Shown in pieces: positions 1 through 15,229 of a DNA stretch of 64,000 nucleotides (positions are counted from its first letter, which is position 1; each line of letters starts with the position of its first letter). The notes beneath the pieces are model-generated. The model saw nothing but the letters and a program-made list of their open reading frames with translations, made no database searches and had not been told where the DNA came from. Source of the stretch: Eledone cirrhosa (Eukaryota); contig OZ024745.1 in NCBI GenBank assembly GCA_964016885.1, forward strand, positions 85,188,001 to 85,252,000, given 5' to 3'. The position numbers and the translations under genes were made by a program.

Positions 1-545
1 AACAGGTTAAGGCACCCAGTATATAATGTATACATGATGTTTTGGCATGCTATTGGGCGGTAATTTTTAGCAAGGGTGGTTTTGCTATTTTGGGGAATGA
101 GGACAGTAGTGGCAGTTGATAACCATCTGGGCAGTTCTTGTGTGCCTTTAATGGTTTCTGTAAACAGCCGTCTGATATCCTGCCGATAGAAAGTGAAATT
201 CTTCAATCAGTATCCTGTAATGAGGTCTGGGCCTGGTGATTTCCTATTCAACATTTTCTGTAGAGCTGTTTCCAGCATTGACCCATCTATGTCATATTGT
301 TTTGTCTAGACATGTTGGCAGTAGTCCTGTTCCAGTTCTTTTAGCCAATTAGCTTGTCTGTTGAATCCGTCATCCGTTTCTCATACAGATCTCCAGTAGC
401 TATCGACCTGTTATTTTGAAGGGGTGTCATTAACTGGGATTGAACTTTTTCCACCGAAGCTGCGATAAACTGATTTAGGATATCTGGCAAACAATCTATT
501 TACCACTTGTCGTTTATGTGCTGTCGACTTTTATTTTAGTCTGTA
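1..545 (-). pseudogene. R4/Dong-like non-LTR retrotransposon RT fragment, 5'-truncated at (TA)n, runs off window start
   Basis: Manual minus-strand translation with several stops: [13 protein letters not shown]...YWRSV*...ANWL...NRKSPGPDLITGY*LK...LPRWLSTATTVLIPQ...KNYRPIACQNIMYTLYT, resembling RT domains 0-2 of R4/Dong RLE elements. Confidence 0.75.
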
Positions 546-1360
<815 letters not shown>

Positions 1361-1972
1361 GTCAGGTCACCAGTTGGTGCTACTGGTAACATGTATCCCA
1401 GTACAACCTGACTCATGGTCGAGTCGTTGGCGACTAAACTGGCAACCCCACCAAGGTTTCTTGGTGAGGAGGGTGACTTTGGACATCCTGCAGGACTAAA
1501 AACAAACCTGTCAAAGGGCAAAGGACCTCTTAAGAGTCAATGGCCATCCAAAATCACCGGGAGAGATGACCCCTTAGCCTTTGTCAAGGCAGAATTCTAG
1601 GAGAAGGAAAACTCTGATATAACACCTGCAACTCTGATGGTATCCAATGATGTTGACTTTTTCTTCTTTTTGGTAAATATCATCTTGCTTAAGAGAGTGG
1701 GACTGGCTTTGTGCAGTGCCTTTGCTCACTATAAAAGCTTCATGGCACAGGCATTGCTTTATATCTGGAGATCTCTCTGCCCTTGTCATCACATGGTACC
1801 ATGGGCCCAGCACTATGTGTCAATACTTGTCACAAGTGTAGTGTTTGTACCAGAGTTTTCAAGTCGCAGGCTGGACTAATAAGTGACACTCGTTCAGCGC
1901 TTCGGTAGGGGTTCTCCTACATGGATATAAAGTAGTGGCCGTACTCGAAAACGAGTTGGCAGCCACCATATA
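1361..1972 (+). mobile_element. Non-autonomous RTE-derived element (family A): RTE-type 5'UTR joined to RTE C-terminal zinc finger and 3' end
   Basis: TCTAGGAGAAGGAAAACTCTGA 5'UTR motif typical of RTE LINEs; 1831-1902 encodes [23 protein letters not shown]; 3' hairpin CTCGAAAACGAG; two further copies in the window. Confidence 0.65.
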
Positions 1973-1976
1973 GGTT

Positions 1977-2084
<108 letters not shown>

Positions 2085-2172
2085 TGTATGTGTATATATT
2101 TATATATGTATATATGTATATATATATATATGTATATATGTATATATATGTATATATATATGTATATATGTA

Positions 2173-2206
<34 letters not shown>

Positions 2207-2274
2207 TATATATGTATGTATGTTTATATATATATATATGTATGTATATATATGTATATATATATGTATATATG

Positions 2275-2305
<31 letters not shown>

Positions 2306-2384
2306 GTATGTATATATATATATATATATGTATGTATATATAAGTATATACTTTGGGACGTTCAACCATCTGGCAGAAAGATAT

Positions 2385-2427
2385 ACGGTGCTGACGATAG
2401 CCAATAAGCTTGAAACTAGTACATCGT
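2385..2427 (+). ncRNA. Type I hammerhead ribozyme
   Basis: ACGGTG-CTGACGA-TAGCcaataaGCTT-GAAA-CTAG-TA-CATCGT; palindromic stem III ACTAGT. Confidence 0.85.
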
Positions 2428-2827
2428 TCCTGTGTCAGTGTGGAACAAAAAGGTGACGTGGTTGCCTAAACACTGTACGGCGTAATTCAGGCTGTTTGTT
2501 TGTTTACAAACGAACAAACCGAGCATTATAATAAATGTTCGGTAAACTGATACGTGGCATATATATATGTGTGCCTGTATGTATATATATACATGCTACT
2601 GTACGTCTGTATACATATATGTATGTACGTATACATACATACTTACATTTAAGTAAGTGCCGTACTAAGAGTGAGAAATGAAATTTCGTTTCATTCTATT
2701 CCATTTATCGTTTTCGGTGCGCCTGGCCGACTGACCTCACTCGATATGCAAATTAGGCTGCTCTGCCGTTAATTTTAATAAGGAAAGTATATACTTTCAG
2801 AAGTTCAACCATCTGGCAGAAAGGTAT

Positions 2828-2870
2828 ACGGTGCTGACGATTGCTAATAAGCTTGAAACTAGTACATCGT
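2828..2870 (+). ncRNA. Type I hammerhead ribozyme (second copy)
   Basis: Same motif as 2385-2427 with a stem II mismatch. Confidence 0.8.
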
Positions 2871-3147
2871 TCCTGTGTCAGTGCTGAACAAAAAGGTGAC
2901 CTGGTTGCCTAAACACTGTACGGCGTAATTCAGGCTGTTTGTTTGTTTACAAACGAACAAACCGAGCATTATAATAAATTTTCGGTAAACTGATACCTGC
3001 ATATATATATGTGTGCCTGTATGTATATATATACATGCTACTGTACGTCTGTATACATATATGTATGTACGTATACATACATACCTACATTTAACTAAGT
3101 GCCGTACTAAGAGTGAGAAATGAAATTTCGGTTCATTCCATTCCATT

Positions 3148-3242
<95 letters not shown>

Positions 3243-3250
3243 GTATATAT

Positions 3251-3425
3251 ACCAACTCAGACATAACCAATAATGAGATTAACATCATATTCATGGCTAG
3301 GCAGGCTATCATTGAATTCAACGGAGCACCCAGGACTAGAAAAGATAGAACAGAAAACTTTGACATTACGATGGGCAAGTCACAATCGGTGACTCCGCGC
3401 AAGTCACCGATTTAGTTGGGATTTA
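3251..3425 (+). pseudogene. Hydra-like PLE RT fragment
   Basis: [14 protein letters not shown]...ENFDITMG...AQVTDLVGI, homologous to the RT at 38842-40821. Confidence 0.7.
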
Positions 3426-3429
3426 CATA

Positions 3430-3468
3430 TTACGTAACATCATATATATACATGCACCCATACATATA

Positions 3469-3507
<39 letters not shown>

Positions 3508-3671
3508 GTGTATATATATACATACACATACATATACACATACATACATAAACACATAATTATCAACATATCCATACATACACATACATACAAGTACAGA
3601 AACGTGCATACACACACATATATACATGCATATATATATATATATACATAAACATATATATATACAAACAT

Positions 3672-3714
<43 letters not shown>

Positions 3715-4120
3715 CATATATACATATACATACATACATACACACAATGATACATATATACACATGTACATACATACACATATATACACACATATATATA
3801 CACGCATACATACGCATGCACAAATATAGTAATATGTACACACACCTACATACACACACAAATAAATATACAAAAAATATATATATATATAATAATAAAA
3901 ATACCGTCACATAAGAATAAAAAAAATAAAAATGGTGACAGCGATACAGGCAATAAATAAATGAACAAACACACGTGGTAAGCAATAAACACAATTGCAC
4001 GTACACATACATACGTAAAAATAAATACATACACACACTCTCACACATACACATACATAATGAAATACATATACACATACTTACCCATACACATATACAT
4101 ACACACACATATAATTATAT

Positions 4121-4150
<30 letters not shown>
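3430..4150 (-). repeat. Inverted copy of the compound TA/TG 3'UTR of the PLE at 6480-9712
   Basis: Unique islets (e.g. TAATTATCAACATATCCATAC, AATACCGTCACATAAGAAT) are reverse complements of 9050-9500. Confidence 0.8.
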
Positions 4151-4154
<4 letters not shown>

Positions 4155-4389
4155 TGGCTTTTCGCTACAATGTTTTCTATACCTTTCATTATATATATAT
4201 ATATATATATATAAAGAATTAGTATATCTAGTAACATATATATACACAGATGCATACTTATGCTAGCAAATATACAGGTTTTGTCTTAGTAACTTTGTGG
4301 TTCAATGCATGGGGATGCAGAACAATAATATGAGAGACGTAAAATAAGAAAATTATAAAATTAACCTACTTACTAAAATTAACTTACTT

Positions 4390-4471
4390 ACTCCAACTAA
4401 TTAGTTTCTGAAAAGGAATAAACATAGTTTTCGAAGAAACGTACGGAGAAGCCTTTCATCATCAGGGAAGT
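4390..4471 (-). ncRNA. Type I hammerhead ribozyme, family B
   Basis: ACTTCC-CTGATGA-TGAAAGG...CTTTTCA-GAAA-CTAATTAG-TT-GGAGT. Confidence 0.8.
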
Positions 4472-5237
4472 CTATTCTCAGCTAAGTTTCCAGGCAATAC
4501 GTGGACACAGGGAACTTATACAAAAATAATTCAGTGTATGGAAAAAAGCAAAGCGTGGACTAAATTCTAAGCTATTGAAAAAATCACTGCCTACTGCGTC
4601 GGTGGCAAATTCAAAAGAATCAGTCATGTGACATCGAGGTCAATCAGTGAAGAGTGGTTTGTTAAGAAGACAGAAGCCGGACCGTTACTATAGTAGCAGT
4701 TTTGGCCAATTTTTGCTCGACAAAATAATTTGGAGATAATTATAAAGAATTAGTATATCTAGTAACATATATATACACAGATGCATACTTATGCTAGCAA
4801 ATATATAGGTTTTGTCTTAGTAACTTTGTGGTTCAATGCATGGGTCTGCAGAACAATAATATGAGAGACGTAAAATAAGAAAATTATAAAATTAACTTAC
4901 TTACTAAAATTTGCTAGCATAAGTATGCATCTGTGTATATATATGTTACTAGATATACTAATTCTTTATAATTATCTCCAAATTATGTTGTCGAAAAAAT
5001 TGGCCAAAACTGCTACTATAGTAACGGTCCCGTTGCTGTCTTCTTAACAAACCACTCTTCACTGACTGACCTGGATGTCACGTGACTGATTCTTTTGAAT
5101 TTGCCACCGACGCAGTAGGCAGTGATTTTTTCAATGGCTTAGAATTTAGTCCACGCTTTACTTTTTTCCATCCACTGAATTATTTTTGTATAAGTTCCCT
5201 GTGTCCACGTATTGCCTGGAAACTTAGCTGAGAATAG

Positions 5238-5319
5238 ACTTCCCTGATGACGAAAGGCTTCTCCGTATGTTTCTTCGGAAACTATGTTTATTCCCTTTCA
5301 GAAACTAATTAGTTGGAGT
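5238..5319 (+). ncRNA. Type I hammerhead ribozyme, family B
   Basis: ACTTCC-CTGATGA-cGAAAGG...CCTTTCa-GAAA-CTAATTAG-TT-GGAGT. Confidence 0.8.
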
Positions 5320-5371
5320 GAAATTTTAGTAAGTAAGTTAATTTTATAATTTTCTTATTTTACGTCTCTCG

Positions 5372-5372
<1 letters not shown>

Positions 5373-5425
<53 letters not shown>

Positions 5426-5907
5426 TACATATATACATATCCATACATATATACACATACATATACATACATAACACAAAAACATACATACAAATACAAA
5501 CACACGCATATGTATGTGTGTAAAACTCATTCTTAGATATATTCATATGAACCTTGTTTAACACTAAAATATATATATATATATACACACACACATATAT
5601 ACATATACATAAATATATATATATATACCTATACACACATATACATACACACACACACACACATATAATTATATATATATATATATATAGGAAAAAACAT
5701 AAATATTATATATATAAATATTGTATATATAAAATTAAATAATAAAAATAAAAATAAAAAGTTGAGAATACGACAAATAATAAATAAAAAAATAATTAGA
5801 CAAGGGTATAAATGTTTATAGCTGATTTAGAGCACTCAACAAGTTCCTGGAGCAAATGATCAATGAAAATAAACATTAAATCACTGTATGTAATTATGCA
5901 TATACAT

Positions 5908-5941
<34 letters not shown>

Positions 5942-6074
5942 ACACAAAACCATTATATAAAAACAATATATACTCGCACAAATATACACACGCCCACACA
6001 CACATTAAATTTATATATATACATAACCATACACACATATATATACATATATATATATACATATATATATATAC

Positions 6075-6169
<95 letters not shown>

Positions 6170-6345
6170 CACACACACACGCACAAATACAACAGAAGCA
6201 TATAATATAAAATTATATATACATATACATAACCATACAGATAAATATACATACATACACACACATATACATACACATATATACATACACATATACACAC
6301 ATATACGCAACACACACGCACACACACAAAAATAAAAAATAAATG
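5373..6345 (-). repeat. Inverted copy of the PLE 3'UTR compound repeat (5' inversion of 6480-9712)
   Basis: 5511-5570 is the reverse complement of 8840-8900; 5930-6340 is the reverse complement of 8120-8560. Confidence 0.8.
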
Positions 6346-6499
6346 TTCGGTGAATCCATACGTACATATATATGTGTGCATGTATGTATATATATATACA
6401 TACTTCTGTACGTCTGTATACATATATGTATGTACGTGTACATACTTATATTTAAGTAACAGCCGTAATTAGAACTAAGTTTAATACATCCTCTGTTAT

Positions 6500-7936
6500 T
6501 TCTTGGTTTAATAATATACAAGGTAAAAATAAGTGTAGATTTACCCAATTTGATATTGTTGATTTTTACCCCTCTATTACTGTTTCCTTATTAACTAATA
6601 ATGCCTTAGAGTTTGCAAGACCCTTCATTAATATTTCTAAATTAGAAGAAGACATTATCTTTCATGCTAGAAAAACTTTACTCTTTACTAATGAAAGTAT
6701 TTGGGTTAAAAAGTCAAACCCTGAAAACTCTTTTGATGTTGCAATGGGTTCATATGACAGTGCGGATATATGTGACTTAGTAGGATTATTCCTTCTCCAC
6801 ACATTCAAAGAGAAATTTCCTTCCCATAATATCGGTTTATACCGTGATGACGGATTGGCAGTTTCTCATACCACCAACGGCCATAACCTTGATAAATTCC
6901 GTAAATATTTAATCAATAGTTTTGCTAATCTTAACCTTAAAATTACTATAGATACGAACCTTACCAATGCTAACTTTCTTGACATTAATCTTGATCTACT
7001 TACTGCCTCTTTTAAACCTTATCATAAACCTAACGAAAATCTTAGATATATACACAAAGAGTCTTGCCATCCCCCTATAGTTTAAAAAAATCTTATTCCC
7101 AACATTAGACGTAGAATTTCTACCTTATCTTCGTCTCTAGACATTTTTAATAAAGCCGCTCCTTATTATAATAAAGCCCTTAATAATAGCGGATTTACAG
7201 AACACATTAATTATTTACCTACTCCCCGCCCCTAAAACTAACCACAATAATAGGAAAAGGAAAATTATTTGGTTTACACCCCCTTCTCTCTAACTGTCAA
7301 AACTAATGTAGGAAGGAAATTCCTTGATTCTTAGATAAACATTTTCCTCCTAATCATAGATATTATAAGTTATTTAATAGAAATGTAGTTAAGATCAGTT
7401 ACTCTTGTTGCCCATCAGTGAAGTCTAAGATCACTAATTCAAATCGTACGAGAACAAATCCAGGATGCAGTTGCAGGAAGCCGGATGAATGCCCATTACA
7501 GGGCAAATATAACACCAAATCCGTTGTTTATGAGGTCAAAGTGACACCTTTAATCAACAACCAGCCAGCCAGGAGTGAGCGATATGTTGGCATGACCCAG
7601 GACAGGTTTAAAACCAGATTTTATGCACATGTCGCTTCTTTTAAGCACTCCGATAAAAGAACAGCAACGGCTCTCGCAACTAAGGTGTGGGAATTCAAGG
7701 ATAAAAACATCCCGTACTCTATCGATTGGTCTATTTTAGGCCATTCGAGGGAGTACCAAAGGGGCACAAAGAATTGTTCTTTGTATACCACGGAAAAATA
7801 TAGGATTTTACAGAACTTGAAAGCCACTTTTGCTTGCCTGAACTCAAAGACCGAGATCTTCAGATGTTGTCCTCACCTGAAATCACATCTGATCTGCAAC
7901 TGGATTGACATTCCTACGATAACTCAACCACCTTGA
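6500..7936 (+). pseudogene. PLE RT + GIY-YIG endonuclease, frameshifted
   Basis: QFDIVDFYPSI, FDVAMGSYDSADICDLVG, GLYRDDGL, NFLDINLDL, YIHKESCHPP, CSCRKPDECPL, VVY...YVGMT...RF, LNSKTE. Confidence 0.9.
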
Positions 7937-8197
7937 ACTCCTTCTCGGTTCTTTACTTCCACTACGGTTTTTTTACCTGCTGAATCCAGGTTCTGTATTC
8001 TCGTATTCTTTTTCTCCCTTATCTCTCCTTATATTTAAACCTTTTCCTATGTCATTTATTTTCCTTATTTTCCCCCCTACTTTCTGCCTTACCCTTCACA
8101 TACCCAATTTTTTATTTTTTATTTTTACATATTTATTTTTGTGTGTGTGCGTGAGTGTGGCGGATATGTGTGTGGCGTATATGTGTGTATATGTGTG

Positions 8198-8260
<63 letters not shown>

Positions 8261-8366
8261 ATATATATATATGTATGTATATGTGTGTGTATGTATGTAT
8301 ATTTATCTGTATGGTTATGTAGATGTATATATAATTGTATATTATATGCTTCTGTTGTATTTGTGC

Positions 8367-8446
<80 letters not shown>

Positions 8447-8756
8447 GTATATATATGTGTGTATGGTTGTGTGTATATATAGATTTAATGTGTGTGTGTG
8501 GGCGTGTGTATATTTGTGCGTGTATATATTTTTATATAATGGTTTTGTGTGTATATATATAATAGCCTCAGAAACGGCTTGAGCTCTGTCGTGGGGTCAG
8601 ACTTTTTCCTATGTGTGTGTATATATATACGTAAATGTATGTGTGTGTGTATTTCTGTGGTTGTGCTTGCGTGTGTGTGTGTGTGTATGTATATATATGT
8701 ATATGTATGTGTGTGTGTGTGTATGTATGTTTGTATACGTATGTATATGTGTGTGT

Positions 8757-8812
<56 letters not shown>

Positions 8813-8977
8813 GTATATATGTGTGTGTATATATATATATTTTAGAGTTTAACAAGGTTCATTTGAATATATCTAAGAATGAGTTTTACACACATACATA
8901 TGTGTGTGTTTTTATTTGTATGTATGTGTTTGTGATATGTATGTATATGTATGTGTATGTATGTAGGGATATGTGTG

Positions 8978-9050
<73 letters not shown>

Positions 9051-9620
9051 GTGTGTATATATTTATATGTGTGTGTATGTATATGTGTATGCGTATGTAT
9101 GTGTATATGTATTTGTATATGTATGTGTAAGAGTGTGTGTATGTATTTATTTTTACGTATGTATGTGTACGTGCAATTGTGTGTATTGCTTACCACGTAT
9201 GTTTGTTCATTTATTTGTTGCCTGAATCGCTGCCAACATTTTTATTTTTTTATTCTTATGTGACGGTATTTTTATTATTATATATATATATATATATGAA
9301 TATATATATGTATGTGTGTGTATATATGTATATATATGTTTATGTATACATATATATATGCATGTATATATACGTGTGTGTGGGTGTATGCACGTTTCTG
9401 TACTTGTATGTATGTGTATGTATGGATATGTTGATAATTATGTGTGTATGTATGTATGTGTGTATGTATATATATATATGTGTATGTATATAATTGTGTG
9501 TGTGTGTGTGTGTTTGCATATGTGTTTATTTTTCCTTTGCTTCTTCCTTTTCCAGCCTCACTTTCATATAGATTATATTTTTGTTTTTAAAATCCAATAC
9601 CAATAAATACACCAGGACTT

Positions 9621-9683
9621 TTTCATTCTGATGATTGAAAGGTAATAAATTGTCTGCTTTTAAGAAACCACTGGTAAATGAAA
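9621..9683 (+). ncRNA. Type I hammerhead ribozyme
   Basis: TTTCATT-CTGATGA-TTGAAAG...CTTTTAA-GAAA-CCACTGG-TA-AATGAAA. Confidence 0.88.
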
Positions 9684-9708
9684 TAATTGCCTTATGTTGT
9701 TTATTACA

Positions 9709-9781
<73 letters not shown>

Positions 9782-9802
9782 ATATATATATGTATATATA
9801 TG

Positions 9803-9833
<31 letters not shown>

Positions 9834-9850
9834 GTATATACATATATATG

Positions 9851-9922
<72 letters not shown>

Positions 9923-10054
9923 TATATGTATATATATATATGTGTATATATGTATATATATAATTTTTACAAGTGTGTAAGCACACATAGCAAGGTAGGT
10001 AACTAAATAAAGTTAACTAGAACTTCAAATATAGATACCTTATAATATGATTAA

Positions 10055-10150
10055 TCTTCTCTGTATATATTCTATTAAAGAAATATATTTCACCAATCAA
10101 TATTAATGGTAAACCACGGAGGTCGATACTTGGATTTTCAACAACGAAGA
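10055..10150 (-). ncRNA. Type I hammerhead ribozyme, U3-A8 core (family C)
   Basis: Reverse complement of the 10802-10896 motif, core TTGAAAA retained. Confidence 0.7.
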
Positions 10151-10801
10151 AATCCAGCCATCTGTGTTTACGCATTAAGTTCAAATCAGCGACTGGCCAG
10201 TAACACGTGCTGTATCTACTAAAAATACACACATCATACCAGCTTCGTCCCAGTGGCGTGAATAGCGTTATCGACAACTAGAAACAGCACTCGAGTCCTT
10301 TCAACAGAGTTATCTCTACAAGAGATTAATCATATTATAAGGTATCTATTTTTGAAGTTCTAGTTAACTTTATTTAGTTACCTACCTAGCTATATGTGCT
10401 TACACACTTGTAAAAATTATTCCCTGTGATTGTTTCATATGTTTATTTATATGTTAATCAATTTCTAGTTGTTATAAAATGCTCGGACCTATTCATTAGA
10501 ATCTTGGAGCTTATTTTACAGGTGATATGGCGCATGCCTTTCTGGCATGACACCCATAATTTTGATTTAGATTAAATTCATTTTGATTTATCTTCATTTT
10601 GGATATAGATATATAAATACGGCTCCCTAATTGTAGAGCTAACTCTGTTGAAAGGACTCGACTGCTGTTTCTAGTTGTCGATAACTCTATTCACGCCACT
10701 GGGATGAAGCTGGTATGATGTGTGTATTTTTAGTAGATACAGCACGTGTTACTGGCCAGTCGCTGATTTTAACTTAATGCGTAAACACAGATGGCTGGAC
10801 T

Positions 10802-10896
10802 TCTTCCTTGTTGAAAATCCAAGTATCAGCCTCCGTGGTTTACCATTCGATTAGCTGGTGAAATATATTTCTTTAATGGAATATATACAGGGAAGA
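10802..10896 (+). ncRNA. Type I hammerhead ribozyme, U3-A8 core (family C)
   Basis: TCTTCCTTG-TTGAAAA-tCCA...TGGt-GAAA-TATATTTCtttaatGGAATATA-TA-CAGGGAAGA; 9-bp stems I and III. Confidence 0.8.
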
Positions 10897-11172
10897 TTAA
10901 TCATATTATAAGGTATCTATTTTTGAAGTTCTAGTTAACTTTATTTAGTTAACTACCTAGCTCTGTGTGCTTACACAATTGTAAAAATTATTCCTTGTTG
11001 ATTGTTTCATATGTTTATTTATAAATTAATTAATTTCTAGTTGTTATAAAATTCTCGGACCTATTCATTAGAATCTTGGAGCTTATTTTACGGGTGATAT
11101 GGCGCATAACCTTTTGGCATGACACCCATAATTTTGATTTAGATTAAATTCACTTTGATTTATCTTAATTTT

Positions 11173-11334
<162 letters not shown>

Positions 11335-11420
11335 ATATATATTTATGTATATATATATTTATGTATATATATATGTATGTATATATATATGTATGTATAT
11401 ATATATGGTTATGTATGTAT

Positions 11421-11878
11421 AAAAAGGCAAAGGGGCTCTTAAGAGTCAATAGCCATCCAAAATCACCGGGAGAGATGACCCCTTAGCCTTTGTCAAGGCA
11501 GAATTCTAGGAGAAGGAAAACTCTGATATAACACCTGCAACCCTGATGGTATCAAATGATGTTGAATTGTTCTTCTTTTTGGTAAATATCATCTTGGTTA
11601 AGAGAGTGGGACTGGCTTTGTACAGTGCCTTTGCTCACTATAAAAGCTTCACAGCACAGGCATTGCTTTGTATCTGGAGATCTCTCTGCACTTGTCGTCA
11701 CATGGTACCATGGGCCCAGCACTATGTGTCAATAATTGTCACAAGTGTAGTGTTTGTACCAGAGTTTTCAAGTCGCTGGCTGGACTAAAAAGTCACACTC
11801 GTTCAGCGCATTGGTAGGCGTTCTCCTACATGGATATAAAGTAGTGGCCGTACTCGAAAACGAGTTGGCAGCCACCAT
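11421..11878 (+). mobile_element. Family A RTE-derived element, 5'-truncated
   Basis: Closely similar to 1515-1972; 11740-11817 reads [25 protein letters not shown], an intact C2H2 finger. Confidence 0.75.
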
Positions 11879-11947
11879 GTATAGATATAAGAATGTATAT
11901 ATATATATGCATGTATATATATGTATGTATATATATATATATATATG

Positions 11948-11992
<45 letters not shown>

Positions 11993-12375
11993 GCAAAAGT
12001 TCTATTTAAAATTGTTGGGATACAACAAGTAAATATTTTTATAACTGATATAAAGCACTCGACAAGTATTTGGAGTAGATATACGATAGTAATAAACGGA
12101 AACTATATTTATAAAACCATATTTATTTCATTATACATATTTCAGGGATACCAAATTAAATTATGGTATGCTTTGATCAGACAAAATACAATCCGGATTG
12201 GCTTCCAAAAACAATGGTTGCATTTTGAAAGGGTACGTCAAATCTTATTTGTAAAACTGTTATATATTGTATTTTGTCTAATGAAGGCATACCATAATTT
12301 AATTTGGTATCCCTGAAATATGTATAATGAAATAAATATGGTTTTATAAATATAGTTTCCATTTATTAATATCGT
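11993..12375. mobile_element. Family D fold-back insert with two point-mutated HHRs (12124-12188 minus, 12270-12334 plus)
   Basis: 12080-12190 inverted versus 12268-12375; cores CTGATCA and CTAATGA; homologous to 35268-36132. Confidence 0.75.
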
Positions 12376-12550
12376 ATATATATGTATATATATATATATA
12401 TATGTATGTATATATATATATATATATATGTATGTATATATATATGTATATATATGTATGTACATATATATGTATGTATATATGTATGTATATATATATA
12501 TGTATATATATATATGTATGTATATATATATATGTATATGTATATATATG

Positions 12551-12599
<49 letters not shown>

Positions 12600-12707
12600 G
12601 TATATATATGTATGTATATATATATATGTATGTATATGTATATGTATGCATATATATATGTATGTATATATATATGTATGTATATATATATGTATGTATA
12701 TATATGT

Positions 12708-12741
<34 letters not shown>

Positions 12742-12809
12742 GTATATATATATATGTATATATATATATATGTGTATGTATATATATTTATATATATATG
12801 TATATATAT

Positions 12810-13269
12810 GAAAAGTGTAATTTTCTACACAAAACGAAGGTTATAGAGAAAATTGAGGTTGGTAATGGCACATGGAATATATAAGAGACAGAATACTTTT
12901 TTGTGAAAAAACATAATTTTATAAGGTAAGGAAATAATAAAGGGTATAAAAAATGACCGGTTTCGATGGGTCTGCAAAAGCCATCTTTTCAAATGTTGAT
13001 TAATATTAAGAAAAATTAATAATACGAAGAGTTAAAATTTGAGACTTGAAAATTCAAGTATAAAATTCATTGTGGGATTTCATAGCAGTTTTCATCTAGG
13101 TAGCAACAACAGGTTGACTGCTGTGTCCCTTTCTGGTAGTGAATGAGAAGTTATTTGGGGTGTGGGTTATTTTATAAAGGTCAGATTTAGCAATAGCCAG
13201 CTGCTGGTCAGTGAGGGGGTGGAAGCAATATACACACACATACCTTCATCCACACATACATACACATAC

Positions 13270-13318
<49 letters not shown>

Positions 13319-13385
13319 CACACATACATACACACACACATACATATACATACACACATACACACACACACATATATATACACAT

Positions 13386-13446
<61 letters not shown>

Positions 13447-13477
13447 TATATATACATACACATACATCCAGATACAC

Positions 13478-13576
<99 letters not shown>

Positions 13577-14486
13577 CACACATACATACACACACACATA
13601 TATATATATACATACACACATACAAACATACACACACACACACACACACATATATATACACACATACACACACATATATATACACACACACACACACATG
13701 CATATATATATATATATATACACATACGCATACATCCAGATACCCACATACATACACACACACACACACACACGCACACACAATACATACATCCACATGC
13801 ACACACATACTCACACACACACACACACACACACATACATACACCCACACACAGAGAAATGGCCTTCAAATATATATATATATATATACATACAGACACA
13901 TATATTTTTTCCATAATATAAGAAGTTGGGGCAGTGAAATTAAAATAATTCTGTGTGCGCATATATATATAGACATACGTGTGTGCACGTGCAGGGTTTA
14001 ACATGGATGTGTTGGTCACACAAAGGCATGGTCTGTCAATGAATAAACCTGATTCTACAGAATTGGTCTCTGGTCTTTAATAGTAGTGATTCCGTGCGTA
14101 TGTGTGTTTATATTTTATGACAATTCTATTGGGGTGATAACCCGTTTAGTTTTGGTTTAAATTTGTTAAGGAATAGATTTTCTTTGTTTATTCTTTGTTG
14201 TTGTGTGAACGAATCTGAGCACTTGTAGAAGGGGAAGATTTTAAAGTTGGGTAGTGTCATTCCTGCGCAGTTCGCAATATGGCTGCTCAAGGGGATTTTT
14301 CTTGTGTTAGCGTCCCGGATTTGTTGGCGGTGGATGGTCATTCTTTTGCGTAATGAGGTGCCCGTCTGTCCTATGTAGTTGTGTTTGCACCCACCGCAAG
14401 TTATTGCGTAAATCAAGTTCTCCGAGTTGCAGGTGAAATTGTTTTTTACTGTAAATGTTTGGCCATCTTTGAATGTATATATCTTA
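12810..14486 (-). mobile_element. 5'-truncated Neptune-like PLE (GIY-YIG tail 14126-14470, repeat-rich 3'UTR, HHR)
   Basis: [40 protein letters not shown]...KPKLN; same-strand HHR at 12950-12997; linkage of ORF and HHR across the CA tract is inferred. Confidence 0.7.
12950..12997 (-). ncRNA. Type I hammerhead ribozyme, U3-A8 core
   Basis: AACAT-TTGAAAA-GATGG...CCATC-GAAA-CCGG-TC-ATTTT; stem I has one mismatch. Confidence 0.65.
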
Positions 14487-14567
14487 TGTATATATATATA
14501 TATATATGTATGTATATATATATATATTTGTATGTATGTATGTATATATATAATATATATATATATG

Positions 14568-14672
<105 letters not shown>

Positions 14673-14700
14673 GTATGTATGTGTATATATATATATATAT

Positions 14701-15229
<529 letters not shown>

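Larger units (their letters stand above)
2342..3148 (+). mobile_element. Non-coding tandem element, 443-bp period, two HHRs (retrozyme/pLTR-like)
   Basis: 2342-2705 repeated at about 2785-3148; flanked by (TA)n; partial relative at 6345-6470. Confidence 0.8.
4212..5372. mobile_element. Family B non-coding HHR element: about 530-bp unit, tandem plus inverted arm
   Basis: 4212-4385 repeated at 4742-4910; 4911-5372 is the reverse complement of about 4330-4805. Confidence 0.85.
6480..9712 (+). mobile_element. 5'-truncated Hydra-like PLE with long microsatellite-rich 3'UTR and terminal HHR
   Basis: RT and GIY-YIG remnants, HHR near the 3' end, ends in (TA)n. Confidence 0.8.

Noticed and set aside
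8565-8600. GAAA-CGG...CTG-TC-GTGGGG HHR 3' half
   Set aside because: No upstream core; at most a truncated family E-like relic.
11740-11817. C2H2 finger as a host zinc-finger gene exon
   Set aside because: Lies within a three-copy repeat at the position of an RTE ORF C-terminus.
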